50,751 nt of DNA. Source: Bacteroidales bacterium (GTDB lineage Bacteria > Bacteroidota > Bacteroidia > Bacteroidales > B18-G4). A program made the translations under genes and the position numbers. Under the pieces are notes generated by a model. That model made no database searches and was not told where the DNA came from. It saw only the letters and a program-made list of their open reading frames with translations. Position 1 is the first letter of the stretch; the number at the start of each line of letters is the position of its first letter. The stretch spans positions 1 through 50,751 of the forward strand of contig JAUWGC010000001.1 of assembly GCA_030606625.1 (NCBI GenBank), read 5' to 3'. Positions 18,729-29,300 of the stretch are shown one piece after another.

Positions 18729-21700
18729 TCATTTTCCGGTTGATACTTTCGGTAGGGTAATCACAAAAGTTGCGCCCTTTACCTGGCCAGGTACGAATGA
18801 GATGTCACCGCCAGCGTTAATGATAATACTTTTAACAATAGCCAATCCAAGACCCATTCCACCGGATTTGGTTGTAAAGCTTGGTGAAAAGATATTGCCA
18901 GCCTGTTCATTTGGAATACCAGGGCCGTCGTCAACAATACTGATCTCATAATGGTCGGAATGTGATAACACGGTGATTTCTATTGTGCCGGAACTTTCTG
19001 TGCCAATTGCTTCAACAGAATTTTGGATCAGGTTATTAAATGCCCTAAGCAATTGTTTTTTATCAATATGAACTATGTAATTCAAATTTGTGTCATACTT
19101 AAGAGAAAAATTAATATTGTAAATGTCCTTGAAAAGGTCAAGTGAATTATTGATGATATCGGTTAACCTGACGTTTTCTGATTTTACAGGCGGCATTTTT
19201 GCGAAATCAGAAAATTCCGTGGCAATAGTAGAAAGGGAATCAATTTGTTCTATGATGGTTTTTGTAAAACGATCAAGACGTTTATCAAAATCAGATGATT
19301 TTTCGTCCCATGCCTTTTTAAGATATTGAACACTTAACTTCATAGGTGTTAATGGGTTCTTGATCTCATGTGCAACCTGTTTGGCCATTTCACGCCAGGC
19401 ACTTTCTCTTTCTGATTTAGCAAGGAGCTCAGCGCTTATAACCAGCTCATCGATCATTCTGTTATATTCCCTGATAAGTTGTCCGATCTCATCATTGCTT
19501 TCCCAATCAATTTTTTCATTAGACAAACCAAGAGAGAGACTGCGCATCTTATCCCGGATCAGCTGAAGCGGGCGTGTTGCATAACGCGATATCAAAAGTG
19601 TTAAAAAAATGGATAATGCGATAAAGAAAATATATATATTCAGGAAAGTGGTCATGAAAGAAGCGATCTCATTTCGTAATTCAGTCTGTTTGGCAAAATA
19701 AGGAAGATTTAAATAAGCAACGATCATATTTTGACTGTTACGGAAAGGAATATATGCTGAAAGATACTTGTATGAACCAATTTTCTCATGGTGTACGTAA
19801 AGGAGATTTTTGTCCAGGGCAAGCTTTTTAAATGCAAGAGAATTCATCTTATCGGAAATCAGGCCTTTTTCAAATATTTTTGGGCGGGATGTAGCCAGTA
19901 AATTACCTGAGAGATCATACAAATTGATATCAGAGAAAAATACCAGTGAAAATTTATTTAAAAGGCTTGAAAGGTATGGTTGCATAGCTATAGAAAGATA
20001 AGGCTCATCTGCAAGCTTGTGCTCAAGTTCAATAAGTACAGAATGTGATTTTTCACGGAGAATATCAAAGTTTTTGTTGGTATTAAGATTCCTTATGTAT
20101 GAAACGGAAGTAAAGCCGATGATAATAAAAGCGATAATGATAATTGTAATTACTGAAAGCTGAAGACGGCTTCTGAAATTAAAATCAAAAACATGCCTTT
20201 CAAAAGGGTAAACAAAAATAAACAGGAAGAGCAGGACAAAAACAGCATAAAAAAGGAGTAAATACGAGAAAGGAGCGATGTAATCAAGCAAACTTGGCTT
20301 TTTCTTGCTCAGAAGTAGATGATGAGTATTATCAACAGCCAGAAAGAAATGATTGTAATCATTCTGATCAAAAAATGATTCATTTTGGAGCACACCATAA
20401 CCTGAAATATCAAGATTGTAAAAATAACTGCCAAACTTATAGATAAGATTGCCATCAAGGTACCTCGCATAAGAGTATAATCCAATATCGGGATTATCAC
20501 GGATGGATTCATCGATCAGTAATTCAGGATATCCCAGGCCTTCTTCAGCGAAGAAAGAGGAGAACAGTTCTGAAAAAATGGTAAAATGAATTGTATCATG
20601 GCGAATAAGCACAGGAATATCCAAACGGGATATATAGCTGTTCACATCATTAAGATTATAGCGGTACAGGTCTTTACATATGGATTCCGAACCGTAATCA
20701 TTGATTAGGTCATTGAAATAATCATTACAGTTAATGAAGATATTATCAGGCAGGATATTCAGTATCTTTTCCGGGTAACAGACAGTACTGTATAGTTCAA
20801 AACCGGGGAAGATGTTTTGATAATATACTTTATCAAGATACGTTAACACCGAATCCTCGTATGAAGGATCCTCAAGTGACATAGTCAAATAATTGCTTAT
20901 CAATGTATCATTTTTTATTTCAGACCGGGCATTTTGAAAATTATATTCAATTAGCGGATTGAATGTCTTTGAAAGCTGAAATGCAAGCAATTTTCTCTCA
21001 GCTTTTTCTTTGCTTGTTATATTAATTTCAAGAAAGTAGTTGGAAAAAACGGAAAACAGAAAAATAAAAAAAATGGTACTGTAAAATGAGATGAACTTTT
21101 TTTGTTGATGTTTAATAATAAATAAGAAAGCAATAAATACTAAAAGGAACAGAGTAGCGACAATATCGAAATTTTCAAAGAAGAAATTGTAAAGGAAAAA
21201 TACCAGGGTTGAAATAAACAACAATGAAAAAAATGGTAATGGATTACCGCGAATGTGTTTATATGCAAAATCAAATAATCTTGAGGCAACAAGAAAAAAT
21301 GAGAATAAAAGGGATGCAAAGGCAGTAATTCCCAGAACACTAAAAATTGAGATTGAGAATATATTTGAAAGGTTTAATGAAAAATCGGCATCATAAACTA
21401 AACTTTTGAGCAGAATAAGGATTAATTCGAAGAAGATGCAAATATGCAGGAAAAGAGTAAAAACTGTAAAATACCGGAATAATACACTTTTTTTTGTCTT
21501 AATGTTTTCAGGCCTGAATTTAAGATAGAAGACAAAGGAAAAGGATAAAAGGACAATGACATTTAGCAGCAGATCGCCAATTGAGGGAAAAAGGCCTGAG
21601 AATGCATAAGATTGCGCATTGAAGATTAAAGATGTGTAAAGAATACAGGGGATCTTAAAATAAAATAATAAAAACCTTATCAATATCAGATCAAAAGCAT

Positions 21701-22445
21701 AGGAAATAATAAACAATAATTTATTCCTGATAAAAAAAGTGAGTTGCTGGTATAGCTGGAATAGCAATACGGTAAATGAAATAAATAAAAGAACATAAAT
21801 ACAAAAGATAATTAATAATTGTTGTTCGGACAAAGGGATAGTAGATGGGAATTCCAGGGAGAATAAAAATTCATCATCAGTAGAATATACATTGTAATAG
21901 GATGGATAATTAAGGATTTTTGTTTCCGGGGGAAGGCAGTAATTCTTTTGAAAGTTGTTCTGAAGAAATTCATTTTGATAAGGATAGTGGGTTTTTATAA
22001 GACAAAGTCCCTGGATAAAGAAATCTGAGCATTCCTTGCTTTTACTGAGAAACCAGCCGTTGGGCAATTCCATCAGGACAAGTGTATCATAAAAATGCAG
22101 GTCAGGCGCACTTAATGGAACGGAATTGTCAGACCAATATATTAGTGAATCATGCTTGTAAATTATTATTAGGATCCCTGATTGTTCGTAAAGATCTGAA
22201 GAAAAAGTTAAAAAAAGCTTTTCAGGGTTAGCGATTGAATCAGAAAGAAGAACCTGAACATCATCAAGGGTTTTGTTCAAATAGTTTTCATTTGTTCTGA
22301 AAGCAGATGAGAATTGAAAAAAAGCTTTGGAAGGGCGGGAGGAGTTTTTAAAATATGTTGAAACAGAAATCAGCAAAATAAGGAATACGATAAAAAAAGT
22401 CAGGGACAAATAAATTTTTCTGCGTTTATGTTGTTTGTCGTGCAT
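18729..22445 (-). CDS. Very large multi-TM sensor histidine kinase (HAMP-HisKA-HATPase C-terminus), orphan
   Basis: 1238 aa. Several extracytoplasmic segments are separated by blocks of TM helices. HAMP-like RPLQLIRDKMRSL...EIGQLIREYNRMIDEL, H-box AHEIKNPLTPMKLS, N-box LIQNSVEAI, G-boxes DDGPGI and GGMGLGLAI. Confidence 0.85.
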   Translation of the reverse strand: MHDKQHKRRKIYLSLTFFIVFLILLISVSTYFKNSSRPSKAFFQFSSAFRTNENYLNKTLDDVQVLLSDSIANPEKLFLTFSSDLYEQSGILIIIYKHDSLIYWSDNSVPLSAPDLHFYDTLVLMELPNGWFLSKSKECSDFFIQGLCLIKTHYPYQNEFLQNNFQKNYCLPPETKILNYPSYYNVYSTDDEFLFSLEFPSTIPLSEQQLLIIFCIYVLLFISFTVLLFQLYQQLTFFIRNKLLFIISYAFDLILIRFLLFYFKIPCILYTSLIFNAQSYAFSGLFPSIGDLLLNVIVLLSFSFVFYLKFRPENIKTKKSVLFRYFTVFTLFLHICIFFELILILLKSLVYDADFSLNLSNIFSISIFSVLGITAFASLLFSFFLVASRLFDFAYKHIRGNPLPFFSLLFISTLVFFLYNFFFENFDIVATLFLLVFIAFLFIIKHQQKKFISFYSTIFFIFLFSVFSNYFLEINITSKEKAERKLLAFQLSKTFNPLIEYNFQNARSEIKNDTLISNYLTMSLEDPSYEDSVLTYLDKVYYQNIFPGFELYSTVCYPEKILNILPDNIFINCNDYFNDLINDYGSESICKDLYRYNLNDVNSYISRLDIPVLIRHDTIHFTIFSELFSSFFAEEGLGYPELLIDESIRDNPDIGLYSYARYLDGNLIYKFGSYFYNLDISGYGVLQNESFFDQNDYNHFFLAVDNTHHLLLSKKKPSLLDYIAPFSYLLLFYAVFVLLFLFIFVYPFERHVFDFNFRSRLQLSVITIIIIAFIIIGFTSVSYIRNLNTNKNFDILREKSHSVLIELEHKLADEPYLSIAMQPYLSSLLNKFSLVFFSDINLYDLSGNLLATSRPKIFEKGLISDKMNSLAFKKLALDKNLLYVHHEKIGSYKYLSAYIPFRNSQNMIVAYLNLPYFAKQTELRNEIASFMTTFLNIYIFFIALSIFLTLLISRYATRPLQLIRDKMRSLSLGLSNEKIDWESNDEIGQLIREYNRMIDELVISAELLAKSERESAWREMAKQVAHEIKNPLTPMKLSVQYLKKAWDEKSSDFDKRLDRFTKTIIEQIDSLSTIATEFSDFAKMPPVKSENVRLTDIINNSLDLFKDIYNINFSLKYDTNLNYIVHIDKKQLLRAFNNLIQNSVEAIGTESSGTIEITVLSHSDHYEISIVDDGPGIPNEQAGNIFSPSFTTKSGGMGLGLAIVKSIIINAGGDISFVPGQVKGATFVITLPKVSTGK

Positions 22446-22538
22446 CTATATTAAATTAAGCTACCGGATCAATAATTTTGCCAAACATAGTAATTTTTAT
22501 ACCAGGGAATGGAGATTATTGATCAGAGGTAATAAATA

Positions 22539-23429
22539 TTAGTTATTTCCAAAATTAAACACATAGATCAAACTTGAATAATTTTTATTGTTAATTCGGG
22601 CAGAAAAGTTTGATAAAATTCCATGAAAGAATCCTGACAGGTAATTTGTTTGTCCTGTTTTATTTTTTTCACTTAATAAGCTGATATAATATGAATCGAA
22701 TCTCATTGGTATTATTTTTTCAAGAAAAAAATGATGATTCTTCATAAGTTTGATGATTGTTTCTGTTGTAAAATGATAAAGATGCCTGGGCACATCATAT
22801 GCTGCCCAGAATGATTTATAATGACTTGCATCCCATGATCCGCTGTTTGGAACTGCAACAATGAGCGTGCCATTTTCTTTTAGAAGATTACTGATCATGG
22901 AAATAAAATCATTAAGATTAGAGATATGTTCCAGAACGTGCCACATTGTTATGACATTAAAGAATGATGGCTGGAGTTGAGGTAATTCGGGGAAGTCAAT
23001 AACATTAAGGTTGTAATTATTAATTGCAAAATCCCTGGCATTTTTATCAGGTTCCAGGCCATATGCTTGCCAGCCCTTTGTTTTAAAGTAACTCAATAGT
23101 TCACCGGTACCGCAGCCAATATCCAATAAAGTAGTACTACTGGCATATTTCTTTACGATGGAAAATTTTTTCCTGATAGTATAATTTCGAACAAGGTGAT
23201 ACAACCGGTTGGTAAAACCTTTGCGTATGTTTGAATGAGATATATAGTTTTGAGATTTATAAAAATTCTGAAGTTGGTCATCAGGGGGCCTGGGATTTGT
23301 AAATCTGAAATAACAATTTTCACATTCAGTAATTGTGAATTCCTTATTGCTTAACAAATGATCCTTACAAACAAGGAATGTAGCAAATTGAATAGAATTA
23401 CAAAGCGGACAATGAGTAATTTGTTGCAT
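22539..23429 (-). CDS. Class I SAM-dependent methyltransferase with N-terminal zinc ribbon
   Basis: The ORF-track start at 23453 is a TTG; the ATG at 23429 (MQQITHCPLC...CENC) is more likely. SAM motif I is LLDIGCGTGELL. Confidence 0.75.
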   Translation of the reverse strand: MQQITHCPLCNSIQFATFLVCKDHLLSNKEFTITECENCYFRFTNPRPPDDQLQNFYKSQNYISHSNIRKGFTNRLYHLVRNYTIRKKFSIVKKYASSTTLLDIGCGTGELLSYFKTKGWQAYGLEPDKNARDFAINNYNLNVIDFPELPQLQPSFFNVITMWHVLEHISNLNDFISMISNLLKENGTLIVAVPNSGSWDASHYKSFWAAYDVPRHLYHFTTETIIKLMKNHHFFLEKIIPMRFDSYYISLLSEKNKTGQTNYLSGFFHGILSNFSARINNKNYSSLIYVFNFGNN

Positions 23430-23431
23430 AG

Positions 23432-23454
23432 AATGATGTTTCACGTGAAACAAT
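23432..23454 (-). promoter_or_regulatory. 23-nt motif with palindrome GTTTCACGTGAAAC, 2 nt upstream of the methyltransferase ATG
   Basis: The + strand reads AATGATGTTTCACGTGAAACAAT. A near-copy, AATGATGTTTCACATGGAACAAC, sits at 25338-25360, 3 nt upstream of the mnmG ATG. Confidence 0.5.
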
Positions 23455-23462
23455 CTGTTTAT

Positions 23463-25334
23463 TTATCTCCCCAAATATACGATCAATACGGAAATATCAG
23501 CAGGAGAAACACCACTTATTCTGGAAGCCTGACCAAGAGTACGAGGTTTAATCCTTGTAAGCTTCTCCCTTGCTTCAAAGGATAACGATTGAAGTTTGTG
23601 ATAATCAAAACCTTCACGTAATTCAATATCATCCAGTTTACCAAGTTTTGAAGCCATTTCCTTTTCCTTGGAAATGTATCCTTCGTATTTGATAATGATT
23701 TCAGCTTCATTAATGGTAACTTGATCCGGATTATTTATTGAAGAAAGGTAATTGCGGAGGCTTTCAATATTATCGGTAAGGTTAACAAATAAGATCTCAG
23801 GCCTGAGCAATAAGGAATCAATTTTCACCTTTTGTTTGATGGGATTGGTATTTACAGAAACAAGGAAAGAATTGATCTCTTCAGGTGTAACACTGGTCTT
23901 TTTGCAAAAATTTACAATTTTGTCGATCATGGACTGTTTCTCAGAAACACGGTCCATTCGTTCTCTGGAAGCAAGGCCGGCTTCAAAACCCTTAGGAGTA
24001 AGCCTTAAATCTGCGTTATCCTGCCTCAGCAGAATTCTGTATTCTGCCCGGGAAGTAAACATTCTATATGGTTCATCAACTCCTTTGGTGATGAGGTCAT
24101 CAATCAAAACACCAATGTAAGCATCAGTTCTGCCGAGAATAAATTCCGGCTGATCATTAAGTTTTTTATGTGCATTGATACCAGCAATAATGCCCTGCGC
24201 ACCCGCTTCCTCATAACCGGTTGTACCATTGATCTGGCCGGCAAAATAAAGATTTTTTACCAGTTTGGTTTCCAGAGTATATTTAAGTTGAACCGGAGGG
24301 AAGTAATCGTACTCGATGGCATATCCGGGGCGAAAGATCATAGCTTTTTCAAAACCGGGTATTTTTCTTAGTGCTTTGAGTTGTATATGATCGGGTAGTG
24401 AAGAAGCAAAACCATTGATGTAATATTCTACTGTATCCCATCCTTCAGGTTCAACAAAAAGCTGATGGGAGTCTTTAGATGAAAACCGTTCAATTTTATC
24501 TTCAATAGAGGGGCAATACCTTGGCCCAATCCCGGAAATTCTTCCGGCGAACATCGGAGATTTGTCAAAGCCTGTTCTGAGAATGTCATGGACACTGGTA
24601 TTTGTAAATGCAAGGTAGCAACTACGCTGTCTGGTCAGTGAAGGGGTATTGGTGAACGAAAATTTGCCCGGATTTTCGTCTCCTTTTTGTTCCTGAAGTT
24701 TTGAGAAGTTTATGGTCCTTCCGTCAACCCGGACAGGAGTCCCGGTTTTCATACGGAGTGCTTCAAACCCTAATGCAACTAGCTTTTTTGTTATCCCTAT
24801 TGAAGATTCCTCTCCAATTCTTCCTCCTGAAAATTTCTTTTCGCCAATATGAATAATTCCATTAAGGAAAGTGCCGTTGGTTAGGATAACGGCCCTGGAA
24901 AAAATCTTATGCCCCATTGAGGTTTCAACTCCAAGAATTTTATCACCGTCAGTCATAATTGATATGGCTGTATCCTGGAAAAAATGGAGATTATGAATGT
25001 TTTCAAGCTGATTTCTCCATTCCATGGAAAAAAGCATACGATCATTCTGTGAACGTGGGCTCCACATGGCTGGCCCTTTTGACTTGTTCAGCATCCTGAA
25101 CTGGATCATTGTTTTATCGGTTACGATAGCTGAGTAACCGCCAAGTGCATCTATTTCACGAATAATCTGGCCTTTGGCTATACCACCCATGGCAGGATTA
25201 CATGACATATGTGCCATATTCATCATGTTCATGGTGAGCAGAAGGACTGAAGAACCCAGGTTGGCAGCTGCCGCAGCTGCCTCACAACCGGCATGACCAG
25301 CACCTACAACTATTATGTCGTATTTTTTGAACAT
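23463..25334 (-). CDS. mnmG: tRNA uridine-5-carboxymethylaminomethyl(34) synthesis enzyme MnmG (GidA)
   Basis: 623 aa. FAD motif [13 protein letters not shown], and full-length similarity to the GidA pattern (…[11 protein letters not shown]…). Confidence 0.95.
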   Translation of the reverse strand: MFKKYDIIVVGAGHAGCEAAAAAANLGSSVLLLTMNMMNMAHMSCNPAMGGIAKGQIIREIDALGGYSAIVTDKTMIQFRMLNKSKGPAMWSPRSQNDRMLFSMEWRNQLENIHNLHFFQDTAISIMTDGDKILGVETSMGHKIFSRAVILTNGTFLNGIIHIGEKKFSGGRIGEESSIGITKKLVALGFEALRMKTGTPVRVDGRTINFSKLQEQKGDENPGKFSFTNTPSLTRQRSCYLAFTNTSVHDILRTGFDKSPMFAGRISGIGPRYCPSIEDKIERFSSKDSHQLFVEPEGWDTVEYYINGFASSLPDHIQLKALRKIPGFEKAMIFRPGYAIEYDYFPPVQLKYTLETKLVKNLYFAGQINGTTGYEEAGAQGIIAGINAHKKLNDQPEFILGRTDAYIGVLIDDLITKGVDEPYRMFTSRAEYRILLRQDNADLRLTPKGFEAGLASRERMDRVSEKQSMIDKIVNFCKKTSVTPEEINSFLVSVNTNPIKQKVKIDSLLLRPEILFVNLTDNIESLRNYLSSINNPDQVTINEAEIIIKYEGYISKEKEMASKLGKLDDIELREGFDYHKLQSLSFEAREKLTRIKPRTLGQASRISGVSPADISVLIVYLGR

Positions 25335-25337
25335 TAA

Positions 25338-25360
25338 AATGATGTTTCACATGGAACAAC
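25338..25360 (-). promoter_or_regulatory. Second copy of the 23-nt motif, immediately upstream of the mnmG start codon
   Basis: See 23432-23454. There are 19 identical positions out of 23 by hand alignment. Confidence 0.5.
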
Positions 25361-25377
25361 GCGGGAAAATCCGAATT

Positions 25378-25815
25378 TTATCCGGCCAGCAAAGATAAGT
25401 AATAATTTTCTTTCTTTGACATGGTATCCTTCTCTTCAGGGCTTTTATCATCGTAACCGGCAAGATGAAGAATGCCGTGGATCAATAGGCGGTGCAATTC
25501 ATCCGGAAAACTAACTTTAAATAACCTAGCATTTTCCCTTGCCCGTTCAATACTGATATAAATATCTCCGTAAATATTATGGTCTTCCTCTGAAAAATCA
25601 AAAGTAATGATATCAGTTAAAGTATCGTGATGCAGGTAATATTTATTGATGGGGAGAAGGAATTTATCATCACAGAAGATGATATTTATCAAACCGGGGA
25701 TTTTCTCTTCGTTAGCTATGGCAGAAAAGATCCAGCTACGAAGTTTCCTCTTACCTTTAAGAGTAAAAGGTATATTTTCGGAAAAGAAGTTGATAACAGG
25801 CTTAGGATATTCCAT
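25378..25815 (-). CDS. ybeY: rRNA maturation RNase YbeY
   Basis: 145 aa with the zinc-binding motif HGILHLAGYDD. Confidence 0.9.
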   Translation of the reverse strand: MEYPKPVINFFSENIPFTLKGKRKLRSWIFSAIANEEKIPGLINIIFCDDKFLLPINKYYLHHDTLTDIITFDFSEEDHNIYGDIYISIERARENARLFKVSFPDELHRLLIHGILHLAGYDDKSPEEKDTMSKKENYYLSLLAG

Positions 25816-25851
25816 GAAGCGCTGAAGGTCAGTAACATAATTTTGACTTAC

Positions 25852-26325
25852 TTAGACTTTTTGCTTTTCTTTCTTGAAATATTGAGTGAAAAGCTGAAGC
25901 CTCTTTTTCATGGTCTTTTGGCCAATGCCTTCAATTTCAAATACCAATTCTAGCGAACGACCATTGTCAAGAAACTTGACATTATCTGTGAGTGATCTGA
26001 TCAGGAATAAACCTCGGCCTTTTTCAGAATCAGCATCATTTTCAACATCAACCGGATTGGGAACTTTCTCGGGATCAAACCCATTCCCCTCATCAGTAAC
26101 CGAAAAAGACAAGCCTTTATAGCCTATGTCAAAAATAATAGTGACCTTTTTATCGGGATCATTATGGTTACCATGAACTACAGCATTATTGAAGGCTTCG
26201 GTTAAGGCAATAAGGATATTTCCGAAGTAAGTGTTGTTGAGATTATAATTATCACAAATTTCTTCAACGAACCTTTCAACGATCGTTACGTTACTAAGAT
26301 TTGAGTTTACAGTTAATTTTTCCAT
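25852..26325 (-). CDS. RsbW/SpoIIAB-like anti-sigma regulatory kinase (HATPase_c family ATP-binding protein)
   Basis: 157 aa. N-box EAFNNAVVHGN, G1 VTDEGNGFDP, G2 GRGLFLI. Confidence 0.7.
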   Translation of the reverse strand: MEKLTVNSNLSNVTIVERFVEEICDNYNLNNTYFGNILIALTEAFNNAVVHGNHNDPDKKVTIIFDIGYKGLSFSVTDEGNGFDPEKVPNPVDVENDADSEKGRGLFLIRSLTDNVKFLDNGRSLELVFEIEGIGQKTMKKRLQLFTQYFKKEKQKV

Positions 26326-26342
26326 TTATTATAATGAGAAAT

Positions 26343-29300
26343 TTATTCGATAAAATTATAAAAATATTCGGTAACTTTATTTTTGTAAAATAACCTAAGT
26401 TGAGGTGGTACAGTTTTTAACAATTCAGCCTCATACATTCTTAATCTCTTATACTCTATAAATTCATTAGGGTTACTATATTTTTGATTTTTTGCATCGA
26501 TTGATTCCCTCCTTTCTTCTTTTTTTCTTTCCTTTTCAGCTTTATCATGTTTTAAAAGACGTGTAAAAATATCTTGCTGACGTTTTAATGTTTCATTAGT
26601 GAGCATTTTATTGACCAGGTCTTCTTCTGACTTTTCCATGTCATCCATTAGTTTGTTGATTCCTGCATCACCGGCAACACCTCCTTCTTTGATCTGATCC
26701 AGGTATTCCTGCAATTGCCGGCGTATTGCCTCCTGCTGTGCAGCAAGGCGTGCAAGTTGTTCACTCATCGATTGACCGCCCATGGGTGAATGACCTTTGT
26801 CCTTGCCTTCCATTCCGTTTTTCAGTTGTTCAATGCTTTTATTCAATTGCTTCTGAAGGTCACTCATGGAATTTTTTCCGGACTTTCCCTTGCCTGGTTT
26901 TGGGGATCCGCTGCTTTGACAACTTGATGAGCTGCACATTGACAAATTTTGCTCCATCTGCCGTAATGCTTCGGAAAGCAATAATGCCAGGTTATTGATG
27001 GAAGTCATAACATATTGCTGTTTAGTAGAGGCATTACCTTTGCGATGGTTATGCATAAACTTGAGGGTTTCTTCTACATTCCTGTTGATTAATTCAATCT
27101 CACGGTTAACAAAAGATTGAATAGATATTTGCCTCTTGCTTAAGGCATATAATGAATCCTCAACCATTTGAAGATCATCATTGATCTTGCTCTGATCCTG
27201 TATTAATTGAATGTACCTGGGATCGCTGACGTTAGTCCGGATGAGGTCTTTCATAAGATCCTCCTGGTCGAAAGAAAGCTGAACGAGATTTTCCAGGATT
27301 TCCCTGAGTGCATGGATATCCTCCATAAGGGATTGCTGGGTCATGAACTGTTGCATGCTTATTAAAAAGTCTGAAAGTTGCTGCATCTGTTCGGATGCAT
27401 TTTTTTGTGATTTGGATGCATTGCGACGCTGGTTGTTTTGCAGTGAATTCAAACTGTTCTCCATATCTTGCTGTATTTCCTGTTCTGAATTGTCAGTGTT
27501 GATCAGATCATTGGGTTCTTCAAGTTCCTTGTTCTTTTGTTCCAGGTCATCAAGATCATCCCTGATCTCCTGGAATTTCTCATTTAATTCCTGTTGCTGG
27601 TTTTCCAGGTCATCAAGATCATTCTTACGATCTTTAGTATTATGGGATAATTTATCCTGCTCTGCGGAAAGTTTATTTAGTTTATAAATGGTTTCGGTAA
27701 GTTTCTTGTCAAATTCCAGTTGCTTGAATAATTCAAGGGTTCTGTCAAGCTCTTTGGAAATCTCTTCTGTGCCCATCTTAATTTTTTCGAGCATCTCATT
27801 TACTTTATCCTTGTCAATTTCATTAAGCAGTTTATGTAACTCTTCGAAAAGTTCTTTTATCTCATCGGTCATAAGCTCATCGAAAAGTTCTTCAAGCTGT
27901 TTTTGCTTTTCAAGGATATCCTGGTTGATTTCCTTGTATTGTTGTTCTTTTAAGGATTTTTGAATGTTCTCTTGCTTGATATTGTCTATTTTATTCTGCA
28001 GGTTCATTTGCTGATCGAGCATGTCCTGTAATTGTTGCTTGTCTTCCCAACTAAGGTTTTCCTTGTTGACAAGTTTTTTTTGAATCTTATCGATTTGTTT
28101 TTGCAGTAAATTAATATCCTTTAAACTTTGCTCAAGATCATCCTTGATCCGATCACTGGATTTATCGGTTTCCTTTTCGATCTCTTCAAGGGTAGGTGCC
28201 CTGAAAAACATCTTTTGAGACCTGGTTTTTTTGCTGCCGTTGACGCCATCATTATCCCAGACCTCAAAATAGTATTCGAGTTTATCACCAGGTCCGGTAT
28301 TGAGTTCATTAAGGTTAAAATGATGGAAAAACTGTTGCTGGTTAACCTGTGAACTAATAGGGATCTGCTCTGAAATTATCCTGTCTTTGATCCTTGCCGA
28401 ATCAAAATTATTCAGAAATATGTAATTAAATGTTAAACGGTCAAAGCCATAGTCGTCTTTTATCAAACCCCTGAAGTATAGATTTATAGACAGCAGGGAG
28501 TCTTTGAATTCTTCGACGATTATGGATGGGTAAATATCAGGAAAAACAGTTATGGAATAAATGAGGCTATCAGGATTTTTTAAGTAGGAATTGAAGATTG
28601 AAACCGAATAATTTTGCGATTCGAAAAACTTGTCGCTATATGTAAAAGTATTGGAATTTTGCCCTGAGATCACTTTTGATTTTTTGTTGAAATGCAGGTG
28701 AATGCCCGTGGCATCCCTGGTATAAAACTTCCAGGCAAGAACTGTACCTTCAGGAATAACAATATCTCCAGCGTTGTTTAAGGTTTCGTCATGCTTGCCC
28801 GTGTATTCCGGGTGATCAATTATCACTTCGAAATTCAGGATGATGGGTTTGGGTATGACCTTCAGGGTATAACCGGTTGATGTGTATTCGTCCGTTACAA
28901 GCTTGAAGTCAATATCCTTCTGAACATTGATGAATGTATAGTCGAATTCTACCGAACTTTCTCTGGAAAGCCTGAACTTCCCATTGTTATATTCTATATA
29001 AATACTGGAAGGGGTTTCATCTCCGAGAACCTTAACTTCCAGCCTGAAATCCTCTTGCTGAACTGCTTCAAGCGGATGATTCATTATAACAAGCTCATAT
29101 GGCCTGCCCTTTTCAAAATATTCATTATAATGGATGATCCTGTAAGAAGGTTCGGTAATCAGTTTTGGTGAGACCAGCATAATGAGAATAAGAATAAGAA
29201 CAGGGGGAAAGGCATATTTGAGGTATTTCTTATTACCTCTGAAATCGATAGCCTTTGCGAATGGTATGGGATTTAACTGCCTGGTTCTTTGTTCAATGCT

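Noticed and set aside
27343-27963. Two Ser/Cys/Leu-rich + strand ORFs of 114 and 91 aa
   Set aside because: They are antisense shadows of the K/E/Q/D-rich coiled-coil region of the 1115-aa minus-strand gene. They have low-complexity composition and no start context.
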